Origin: Gammaproteobacteria bacterium
GTDB taxonomy: Bacteria > Pseudomonadota > Gammaproteobacteria > Ga0077536
Direction of reading: 5' to 3'
Length of the DNA: 33,302 nucleotides
Assembly: GCA_050248455.1 (NCBI GenBank)
Contig: JBFWSI010000001.1
Coordinates: forward strand, 1 to 33,302
The notes under the pieces were generated by a model that saw nothing but the letters and a program-made list of their open reading frames with translations, was not told the origin of the DNA and did not search any database. A program made the position numbers and the translations under genes. This document shows, piece after piece, positions 16,745 through 24,345 of the stretch. The stretch's first letter is position 1, and each line of letters opens with the position of its first letter.

Positions 16745-17203
16745 ATGCAAGCCAAAGTCTATCCAGAGTGCAACGGTGTCGATATCGCCGCGCCACCGGC
16801 AGCGCAGACGAGCGCGCCTGCCTCCCGCACGGTGCTCTACGTCGAGGACAATCCTTCGAACATGCAGCTCATGCGAAAGCTGTTCGCACGGCGCCGGGAC
16901 ATCCGGCTCGTCTATGCGTACACGCCGCTGCTCGGTATCGAGATGGCGCTGACCGAAAAGCCCGATCTCGTGCTCCTCGACATCAATCTGCCCGGCATGA
17001 ACGGCCGTCAAGTGCTCGCGCGCTTGCGCAGCCATCCGGAAACCGCCGCCGTGCCGATAATCGCGGTGACGGCGAATGCGATGCCGAGCGACGTCGAACA
17101 GGGCCTCGCTGCCGGGTTCGATGCCTATGTGACGAAGCCGATCGACATTTCGGCGTTCATGCAATCGATCGATCGCTGGCTCACCGTCGGCGCTTCGGTG
17201 TGA
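16745..17203 (+). CDS. Single-domain response regulator (REC only)
   Basis: The receiver domain is clear (VLYVEDNPSNMQLM..., DLVLLDINLPGMNG, IIAVTANAM, YVTKPID). The start is uncertain: ATG 16745 was chosen, while the track uses GTG 16673, which contains a 7-bp stem hairpin (16676-16694). No output domain is present. Confidence 0.75.
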   Translation: MQAKVYPECNGVDIAAPPAAQTSAPASRTVLYVEDNPSNMQLMRKLFARRRDIRLVYAYTPLLGIEMALTEKPDLVLLDINLPGMNGRQVLARLRSHPETAAVPIIAVTANAMPSDVEQGLAAGFDAYVTKPIDISAFMQSIDRWLTVGASV

Positions 17204-17225
17204 CGCGACGCCAATCCTGGCGCGG

Positions 17226-18266
17226 TCATTCGTTTGCCGCGGCGCCTACCGGCACACGCAGGAGCGCCGTTATCCCGCGCTCGTGGCCGCGCCGCTCCAA
17301 GCTCGCTCCGAGCTGATCGCAGCATATCGTCACGAGACGACAGCCCAGCCCGGGCGCCACGCCCGAGTCGAAGTCGAGCGTGCCGCCGCCATCGTCCGTC
17401 ACCTCGATCTCGAGGACGGCGTCACGCAGCCGGGCCGATACCGACACCCGCAGCGTCCTGGACCAGTCGCGCCGATGCTTCGCGGCGTTGGTCAGCAATT
17501 CGTTGAGGATCAGCATCAGGTGCGTGAATCGATTGCCCGGCAGCGGCGGCAGCGCCGCCTCGATCCGTCCGATCAGCTCGTCCCCCGGCAGCAGCAAGGC
17601 GCCGCGCGCCCTGTCCAGCAGTTTCTGCAGTTCCAGGGAGACACTGCGCGGCGCCTGGTCCGCATTGCCGAGGAATCCCCGGGACAACTCGGTGAGCGAT
17701 TCGACGCGGCCGATCAGATCGGACAAGAGCTCGTTGCCGCGCTGCGCATCGGCCTCGGGACGGTGCAGTTCGAGCACCGCTCGGATGATCGCGAAGTTGT
17801 TCTGGATCCGATGACCGAACTCCCTGAGCTGCAGGCGACAGGCAGCGAGTCGGCTTTCGAGCTCGTGTATCGTCGCGATGCCGGCCGTCACGTCGCGCGC
17901 CGTGCCGACCAGCGCGCGCGCCGTGCCGTCTTCGTTCCTGAGCGGTCTTGCGTATTGATGCACCCAGCGGACGGGCTCGTCCGCCGACGGCGTCAGCCGA
18001 TGTTGCACCTCGACGACCTTGCCCGACGCGAGACATTCGTCGACCGTCTGGCGGACCGTGGCCCGATCCTCGGGGTGCACCAGTGCCCACGCTTCGCTCA
18101 GCGCGAGCGTTCTCGGGGCTGCCGGCGCCGCCATGCCGGGATGCGCGCAAGGCATGACCCAGCACTGGTGTTCGCGCAGATCCAACTGCCAGACCCAGTG
18201 CGCTCCGAGGCCGAGGGCATACGCCAGATCCTCGGGCCAGTCGGGCGGCATCGAAAACTCGGCCAT
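17226..18266 (-). CDS. Soluble PAS sensor histidine kinase of the HisKA_2/HWE type
   Basis: I chose the start at ATG 18266 (GGGGAG upstream), 16 nt after the GGDEF-EAL stop. It has a PAS-like N-terminus (WVWQLDL...VHPEDRATV...LVGTARDVT), the H-box EFGHRIQNNFAIIRAVL typical of HisKA_2, and an N-box ILNELLTNAAKH. The track ORF is over-extended. Confidence 0.8.
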   Translation of the reverse strand: MAEFSMPPDWPEDLAYALGLGAHWVWQLDLREHQCWVMPCAHPGMAAPAAPRTLALSEAWALVHPEDRATVRQTVDECLASGKVVEVQHRLTPSADEPVRWVHQYARPLRNEDGTARALVGTARDVTAGIATIHELESRLAACRLQLREFGHRIQNNFAIIRAVLELHRPEADAQRGNELLSDLIGRVESLTELSRGFLGNADQAPRSVSLELQKLLDRARGALLLPGDELIGRIEAALPPLPGNRFTHLMLILNELLTNAAKHRRDWSRTLRVSVSARLRDAVLEIEVTDDGGGTLDFDSGVAPGLGCRLVTICCDQLGASLERRGHERGITALLRVPVGAAANE

Positions 18267-18282
18267 GCGCTGTCGCTCCCCT

Positions 18283-20439
18283 TCAGTCCACCGCACCGGC
18301 CATCGCCCGGCCGGTGGCCCGCATCGCATCGTCCGACAGTGCGAACGCTGGACACCAGGCCTGCGCGGAGCGCAGCTCGGACAGCGGCACGGGATGCCCC
18401 ATGAGATAGCCCTGCGCGAAGTCGACGCCGAGCTCCCGCAGCGTCGAGAGCACGTCGGTGTTCTCGACGAATTCCGCAATCGTATGTCGGTTCAGCGACT
18501 TGGCGATGTTCACGATGGACTGGACAATCATGTAGTCGAGGGATTCCGCGCAGATGTTGCGGATGAAGCTGCCGGCGATCTTGATGTACTCGGCCGGGAT
18601 GTTCTTCAGATACGCGAACGAGGTCATGCCGGTGCCGAAGTCGTCGAGTGCGAACTCGCAGCCGTACGCCTTGAGGCTGGCCATCAGGCGCAGGGCGGCG
18701 TCGAAGTTGCTGATCGCGGCCGTCTCCGTCACCTCGAACACGATCGCGGTCTTCGCGTCTCGCTTCGCCAGCAGCCGGCACACGGTGCCCACGAACTCCG
18801 GGCTGCTGAGCGACTGGCCGGACAGGTTGATGCTGCACGACGGGCACGCCGCCTCCCCCAGGCTGTCGACCCAGTCGAGCGTGCGCTCTATGACCCAGAG
18901 ATCGATTTTCGGTGCCAGGCCGAAGCGTTCGGCCGCGGGCAGGAACTCCGATGGCGGAATGACGGCGCCGTCCTTGCCGCGCAGGCGCACGAGCACCTCG
19001 AGCTTAGGCCGATAGGGCGGGCAGGCGCGGATCGGGACGATCGGCTGCCCCCACAGCTCGAGCTCGTCCTCGTCGATCGCGCGCTGCAGCTTCGCGGCCC
19101 AGTGCGACGCGGACTGGGTACGGCGCAGTTCCACGTCGTGTTCCTCGTAGACGAGCGCCCGACCGCGTCCGCGCTCCTTGGCCGCATAGCAGGCCGCATC
19201 CGCCTTCTGCAGGATGTCGACCAGCCGATGCGAACCGCAGCGGAATTCCACCAGCCCGACGCTCATGCCCACCGAAAAGGTGAATTCGGACCAGTTGAAG
19301 CGAATGGCGCGGACATTGGCGGCGATGCGATCGATCAGCTTCTGCGCGCGGCTCGAATCGCAGTCCGGGAACACCAGTGCGAACTCATCGCCGCCGAGCC
19401 GGGCGATGATGTCGGCACGACGACCGCCCGCGCGCAGCACCCTGGCCACCTCGCGCAGCAGCTGGTCGCCCGCGGTATGGCCGCAGGTGTCGTTGATCAC
19501 CTTGAACTGGTCCAGGTCGATGAAGCACAGCGTATGCACCGCTCCATCATCGGGGCCCGACTCGAGCAGCTGCTGTGCCCGCTGCTCGAAACCGAGGCGA
19601 TTGACGAGGCCCGTCAGCGCGTCGTGCGTGGCCTGGTACGACAGCTTCTTCGACAGTTGCAGGCGCTTGGTGATGTCCTCGGCAACCACGAGCGCATAGC
19701 AACGTCCGTTCTCGCGACAGAAGACGCGGATCGTGAGCTGCAGCCAGCAGTCCCAGGTCCGATCGGACGCGATCCGGCAATGCACCTGGGCCACCTCGCC
19801 CGGCCGCGTGCTGGCGCGTTCCAGCGATGCGCGCACGGCCGCGCGATCCGCCGCATAGACGAATTCCAGCAGCTGCACGTCGATCATGCCCTGGCTGCTG
19901 TGGGCGGCGAAGAAATTGCGTCCGTAATCGTTGATCTCGCAGATCCGGTATGTCTCGTCGAGCGTGAAGAGTATGCAGGGATTCTCGTCGAACAGCGCGC
20001 GGAGTCGCCGTTCCTGTTCGCGCGCCGTGCGCAGCGCCGCCACGCGCTCCGAGACGTCGCGCACCGTGACGCAGACGAAGGCCGTGCCCTCGACGTCGAT
20101 CGGGCTCAGGTCGATGTCGACGGGAAACTCGCGACCCGCGCGGTCGACGGCGCGCAGATCGGCCGACTTGCCCATCGGCCGCGCAACGCGCTGGCGCGTG
20201 TAGCCGGACACGTGGCCGGCATGTCGCGCCCGCACGGACGCGGGTACCAGAGACGACACGTCGCGCCCGACCAGTTCATCCTTCGCGTAGCCGAACAAGC
20301 GGCTCGCGGCGAGGTTGGCGTATCGGATGGTGCCGCTCGCATCGACCAGCAGCACGCCATCCGGCATCGCTTCGACGACCGACTCACCGACCGCCACCGA
20401 CGGCAAGCGCTGCTGCCGCTCCGTATCTTCCTGCCTCAT
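18283..20439 (-). CDS. PAS-PAS-GGDEF-EAL c-di-GMP turnover protein
   Basis: I chose the start at ATG 20439 (AAGGGGG 5 nt upstream). It has two PAS modules, an intact GGDEF (RLGGDEFALVF) with RxxD (RRAD) five residues upstream, and an EAL domain with EVLVR, DDFGTG, EVTE, AEFVEN and QGY motifs. Confidence 0.9.
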   Translation of the reverse strand: MRQEDTERQQRLPSVAVGESVVEAMPDGVLLVDASGTIRYANLAASRLFGYAKDELVGRDVSSLVPASVRARHAGHVSGYTRQRVARPMGKSADLRAVDRAGREFPVDIDLSPIDVEGTAFVCVTVRDVSERVAALRTAREQERRLRALFDENPCILFTLDETYRICEINDYGRNFFAAHSSQGMIDVQLLEFVYAADRAAVRASLERASTRPGEVAQVHCRIASDRTWDCWLQLTIRVFCRENGRCYALVVAEDITKRLQLSKKLSYQATHDALTGLVNRLGFEQRAQQLLESGPDDGAVHTLCFIDLDQFKVINDTCGHTAGDQLLREVARVLRAGGRRADIIARLGGDEFALVFPDCDSSRAQKLIDRIAANVRAIRFNWSEFTFSVGMSVGLVEFRCGSHRLVDILQKADAACYAAKERGRGRALVYEEHDVELRRTQSASHWAAKLQRAIDEDELELWGQPIVPIRACPPYRPKLEVLVRLRGKDGAVIPPSEFLPAAERFGLAPKIDLWVIERTLDWVDSLGEAACPSCSINLSGQSLSSPEFVGTVCRLLAKRDAKTAIVFEVTETAAISNFDAALRLMASLKAYGCEFALDDFGTGMTSFAYLKNIPAEYIKIAGSFIRNICAESLDYMIVQSIVNIAKSLNRHTIAEFVENTDVLSTLRELGVDFAQGYLMGHPVPLSELRSAQAWCPAFALSDDAMRATGRAMAGAVD

Positions 20440-20706
20440 GTAGACCCCCTTCGATATGTCCGGCGACGACGACGTGGGCCGTCGCACGAATGTCGCTCTG
20501 GATAACGGCGTCTGCAGACGTTCCGACGCAGCTTGGGGGCGTTGGGCTGAAACCTACCTCGGTCGAAGGAGGTGGCGAGCATAAGGCCTCGAGCAGGAGG
20601 CGCCTATTGTCTTCCATGATTATTCGGCACGTTGGACTTCGCACTTTAGTGGAGCGAGCGATACCGTTCGGTCCATCGCTCTGCAAGAAATCTTTGGAGC
20701 GCTCGT
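20440..20706 (-). promoter_or_regulatory. 267-nt untranslated leader/intergenic region between the ANTAR regulator gene and the GGDEF-EAL gene
   Basis: It is visibly less GC-rich than its flanks and has no convincing ORF. Minus-strand hairpins lie at 20656-20681 (7-bp stem gagcgat/atcgctc), 20586-20601 (5-bp stem, 6-nt loop) and 20556-20573 (5-bp stem, 8-nt loop, followed by UUU). Confidence 0.5.
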
Positions 20707-21324
20707 TCAACCTCGTTCGATCATCCTGCTCATCGCGCTCAACAGTTCGAGCGAGCCGCGGCGATCGACGATGCGCTGCGCCGCTTCTTCGAGCGGCATC
20801 CGGTTGCTGCGCGCGAAGTAGCGCACGACCCGGATGCTTTCCTCTTCGCTGAGACCGAAGCGCTCCATCACGATACCGTTGGCGACGTTCGCGGTTCGCC
20901 GCCCGTCGACCAGCTGCCGCGCATGTTCGGACAGCGCCATCAGCTCGGCGGCGCGTGCCAGCCCGGTCTCGACGACGGCAAGGACCTCGCGCGCCGTGGC
21001 CGGCTTGAGGACGAAGCCGACGGCGCCGCTCGATGCCGCATCCCGCACGGTCTCCGTATCCGAACGGCCGGTCAAAAAGGCGAACGGCAATCGGTAGCGT
21101 TCGAGCAGCAGGCGACCCAGGGCCGCACCGCTCTGATCCGGCAGGCCGTAGTCCACCAGCGCGAAGTCGACCTTCAGTCCCTCATCGAGGGCGTTCAAGG
21201 CATCGGCACTCGAATGGGCAACCGTCGTGTGGACCGCTTCGCGCTCGAGTTCGGCGCGGGTGCCCGCGGCGACGAGGCGATCGTCTTCGACCAGCATGAT
21301 CCGGCGTATCGGTTCGCGCTTCAT
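20707..21324 (-). CDS. Response regulator with an ANTAR RNA-binding output domain (REC-ANTAR)
   Basis: I chose the start at ATG 21324 (AGGAAAGGGGA upstream), 22 nt after the kinase stop. REC motifs: IMLVEDDRL, FALVDYGLPDQSG, VLKP. The C-terminal region ANGIVMERFGLSEEESIRVVRYFARSNRMPLEEAAQRIV matches the ANTAR helix pattern. Confidence 0.85.
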   Translation of the reverse strand: MKREPIRRIMLVEDDRLVAAGTRAELEREAVHTTVAHSSADALNALDEGLKVDFALVDYGLPDQSGAALGRLLLERYRLPFAFLTGRSDTETVRDAASSGAVGFVLKPATAREVLAVVETGLARAAELMALSEHARQLVDGRRTANVANGIVMERFGLSEEESIRVVRYFARSNRMPLEEAAQRIVDRRGSLELLSAMSRMIERG

Positions 21325-21346
21325 CGTTTCCCCTTTCCTCGATGAC

Positions 21347-23725
21347 TCAACGGACCGCATTGCGAGCGGCCCGCGTTTCACGACGCAGTGAACGCGTCTG
21401 TGTCTCGCCCGGCCCGGGACCGGGCAGTTCGATCCAGAAGGTCGATCCCGAGCCGTACTCGCTCTCGACGCCGATGGCGCCGCCCATTTGCTCGATCAGC
21501 GCCTTCGCGACCGTGAGGCCCATGCCGGTGCCTTCGATCGAGCGCTCCTCGTCCACGAGGCGGACGAAGGGTTCGAACAGAGACGGAAGCGCGTCGGCCG
21601 GAATGCCGGGCCCCATGAGCCGCTTGCGGGCGGATGCGGACTCCGTCCATTCGAGTCGGACGCTGCCGCCGGGCCGGTTGTACTTGATGGCATTGCTCAG
21701 CAGATTGATGAGCACCTGTCGGAGGCGGGTCGGTTCGGCCCGGACCTCGCAGCTCCCGGCGGCAAGCTCGATGCGAATGCCACGCTCCTGCGCGATTGGC
21801 CGCAGCAGGGCGACGCAGTTCGCCAGTTCGCGCGCGAGATCCACGCAGCCGAGATCCAGCGCATGCGCTTCGCGCTCGAACTTCGACAGATCGAGCACCT
21901 CGTTGATCAGGGCGAGCAAATGGCGGCCCGCAGATTCGATGAAGGCCATGTCTTCGCGCTGTTCCGCGGCGAGGGGCAGTTCGACGTCCGAAATCAGGAG
22001 CTGCGCGAAACCGAGGATGGCGTTCAGCGGCGTGCGCAGTTCATGGCTCATGCGGGACAGAAATTCGCCCTTGGCGTTGGCCGCCGCCTCGGCCTTCAGG
22101 CGGGCGGCATTGAGTTCCTGCGTACGCGATTCGACCAGCCGTTCGAGTTCGTCCCGATTGCGAATCTGCTCGGTCGCATCGCGCGCCACGCCGCAGACCC
22201 CCATCACCATGCCGTTCTCGTCGTGCATGCGGACGAGGACGTGATGATGCGGGACCATGCCGCTGGCCAGGCGGACGCTCGCTTCCACGGCGATCGCGCC
22301 CTCGCGCATCACGCGTTCGAGCGCCTGCTGGAGGCGCGGCACTTCACTCTGTTCGGCGAATTCGAGCAGGTGGCGGCCGTGCAACGCATCCCCCTCCAGC
22401 TCGAATATCTCCTCGACCCGCGGATTCCACCAGCGCAGGCGAAAATCGGCGTCGGTCACGTACACGATGTCGCGGATGGCGGCGATGATCGCGCGGTTCA
22501 CCGCATAGGCTTGGTGCAGTTCGCGCTGCGCCCGGCGGCTGTCCGTGATGTCGACCGAAACCCCGGTGATGCTGCTCACGGCGCCGTCGGCGGCCAGTAC
22601 CGGCGTCATCAGCTGATGGAAGATTCTCCCGCCGATTTCGCATTCGGCCTCGGCGCACGCTCCGCTCTGGGCCTTGCGAAAGGATTCGATCAGCTGCGCG
22701 TCGTGCGCGAAGCGTTCGAACACGTTGGTGCCGATGAAAGTTTCCGGCGACTCCGTGCCGCAGGTCAGGTCCCTGCCTTGCGCCAGGCGTATCATCCCGC
22801 TCGGATCTGCGCTCCACAGCACCACGGGACAGCTCGACAATACCGTCTGGAGCTTTGTGTTCGCGGCAGCGAGCTGCGCCTCGGCCCGGCGCAGCTCGGT
22901 CACGTCCTGGGCCACTGCTGCGAGGTTCAGCGGTTCGCCGGTGATCTCGTCGTCGATCCGGAACACGGTGCCGTGGACCAGCGTGTCGGCGCCCGTCACC
23001 TGGTTGCGAATCCTGATGTCGCCGGTCCATGAGCCGTGCGACATCACGAAAGGGAGCACGAATTCCTCGAAATACGAACGGTCGGGCTCGCCGAAAAAGC
23101 GCTGGGTATGGGAACCGAGCACCTCCTCAGCGGGCATACCGAACATGCGCAGCCCGGCTTCGTTGACGAACTGGATTCTGGCCTCGAGATCGGAGTAGCC
23201 GATGTAGTGCGGCGAGTTGCGCACGATCGCGGCGAGGCGCCGTACGGCATCCTCGGCGGGATTCAGCGCCGGGGTCGCGGGCGCGGCCTGGACGCATTCG
23301 TGCACGCAATCGAAGCTCGAGATCATCTCCTGCACGACGCGGAGCTGGCTGCATTCGCCGTGCTCCCCCTGTCGCAGCGTGCCTCGCTCCTGCACGCGCC
23401 TGACCGATCCGCCCACGCACAGCCGGTAGACGATCGCGTAGGAACTGCGATCGCGGATCCCGCTGCGGCGCGCGTGGCGAACGGCGGCGAAATCCTCGGG
23501 ATGGATGGCGCAGTTGAAACGCGCCGACGCCGGCGGCTGCGCGTACGGGGTTTCGCCGAGGAAGCGATAGATTGCGGCCGACCAGCGCGGTGGGTGATCG
23601 CCCGGCATCACTTCCCACACGCCGACCTCAGCGAGCTCGAGCCCGGCGATAGCCAGATCGCCGCAGTCGAACGGCCGCGGCTCGACTCCCCGTGCATTCA
23701 TGGTCGCTGCCCGCGCGTCGGTCAT
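21347..23725 (-). CDS. Soluble multi-PAS (about four modules) sensor histidine kinase, HisKA plus HATPase_c, no receiver
   Basis: H-box EFLSRMSHELRTPLNAILGF. N/G boxes NLLSNAIKYNRPGG, GTGMGLTVAKALIEQMGG. Several PAS/PAC-like blocks (LAAVAQDVTELRRAE, GVSVDITDSRRAQ, VCGVARDATEQIRN). The start is uncertain (TTG 23779, ATG 23725 or ATG 23701, none with a good RBS); 23725 is given. Confidence 0.85.
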   Translation of the reverse strand: MTDARAATMNARGVEPRPFDCGDLAIAGLELAEVGVWEVMPGDHPPRWSAAIYRFLGETPYAQPPASARFNCAIHPEDFAAVRHARRSGIRDRSSYAIVYRLCVGGSVRRVQERGTLRQGEHGECSQLRVVQEMISSFDCVHECVQAAPATPALNPAEDAVRRLAAIVRNSPHYIGYSDLEARIQFVNEAGLRMFGMPAEEVLGSHTQRFFGEPDRSYFEEFVLPFVMSHGSWTGDIRIRNQVTGADTLVHGTVFRIDDEITGEPLNLAAVAQDVTELRRAEAQLAAANTKLQTVLSSCPVVLWSADPSGMIRLAQGRDLTCGTESPETFIGTNVFERFAHDAQLIESFRKAQSGACAEAECEIGGRIFHQLMTPVLAADGAVSSITGVSVDITDSRRAQRELHQAYAVNRAIIAAIRDIVYVTDADFRLRWWNPRVEEIFELEGDALHGRHLLEFAEQSEVPRLQQALERVMREGAIAVEASVRLASGMVPHHHVLVRMHDENGMVMGVCGVARDATEQIRNRDELERLVESRTQELNAARLKAEAAANAKGEFLSRMSHELRTPLNAILGFAQLLISDVELPLAAEQREDMAFIESAGRHLLALINEVLDLSKFEREAHALDLGCVDLARELANCVALLRPIAQERGIRIELAAGSCEVRAEPTRLRQVLINLLSNAIKYNRPGGSVRLEWTESASARKRLMGPGIPADALPSLFEPFVRLVDEERSIEGTGMGLTVAKALIEQMGGAIGVESEYGSGSTFWIELPGPGPGETQTRSLRRETRAARNAVR

Positions 23726-23807
23726 TACGCAGGCAGGCGGACGCGTATCGCCGATCGCGATCGAACGGGAGATGCGCAACGTAAACCGATTTGGCGTATA
23801 ACCGTCA

Positions 23808-23827
23808 TCGGAATAAGCTTATTCCGA
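23808..23827. promoter_or_regulatory. Perfect 20-bp palindrome in a divergent promoter region (candidate operator)
   Basis: tcggaataag|cttattccga: 10+10 with no spacer, in an AT-enriched stretch. It lies between the kinase start (23725 or earlier, minus) and the small ORF start (23938, plus). Confidence 0.4.
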
Positions 23828-23937
23828 AGCCTAGCCCGCTCGCTAGCGTTTTGCGTGCCAGCCCCCTGTCGCCGGGCACCGATGGTCATCGGCAATCCGG
23901 CCCGACCGCTCCGCCGCCGGCGGACGAGGGAGCAGAC

Positions 23938-24204
23938 ATGCGAGGCGAAGTCATTCTCACGCTGGAAGACAGACATCGGGCCATCGTGCGCATCGACGAC
24001 GGCGACTTTGCAGTACTGCAATTCGTCCCCTCGACCCCCGTGTCCCAGGCCGACGTGATCGGCGGCATGCTGCGCGCCCACGGCATCGTGAGATTGTCGA
24101 ACTGGACGCGTCACGTACATTTCTACACCATCGTCATGGCGAGCGGGTGTTCGTTCCGGACCGCGTTTCGGATCGCGCTCGGCGACGAGTTCCTGCTGTG
24201 CTGA
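23938..24204 (+). CDS. Hypothetical 88-aa protein
   Basis: ATG 23938 is preceded by GAGGGAG. Third-position bias is GC-rich like neighbouring genes. No recognisable domain (MRGEVILTLEDRHRAIVRIDDGDFAVLQF...). It is divergent from the multi-PAS kinase and convergent with cheB. Confidence 0.5.
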   Translation: MRGEVILTLEDRHRAIVRIDDGDFAVLQFVPSTPVSQADVIGGMLRAHGIVRLSNWTRHVHFYTIVMASGCSFRTAFRIALGDEFLLC

Positions 24205-24345
24205 TGCGCAGGCGGAACGCGACGCAAGCGACGGGATCCGGTCGACGGCACGATGCGGCGCTTCGCCGGCGAGCCGCACGAACTGGCGCCGCTGCATCGC
24301 ATCGCCTCGTGCGCCGCCTCCGCGATGTCCCGTGTCGTCGGCTCA

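Noticed and set aside
20556-20601. Two adjacent small hairpins as a canonical ANTAR dual-hexaloop target
   Set aside because: Only one loop is 6 nt, and neither loop shows the conserved A at position 1 and G at position 4. No clear overlapping terminator with a U-tract is present. I kept it only as a hypothesis to test, not as an annotated motif.
20384-20710. 108-aa minus-strand ORF, or a shorter uORF from ATG 20617, spanning the ANTAR-to-GGDEF-EAL leader
   Set aside because: It has no RBS and runs out of frame into the GGDEF-EAL coding start. Its composition is unlike neighbouring genes. The plus-strand ORF 20490-20852 is likewise antisense to the ANTAR gene. I treated the region as non-coding leader.
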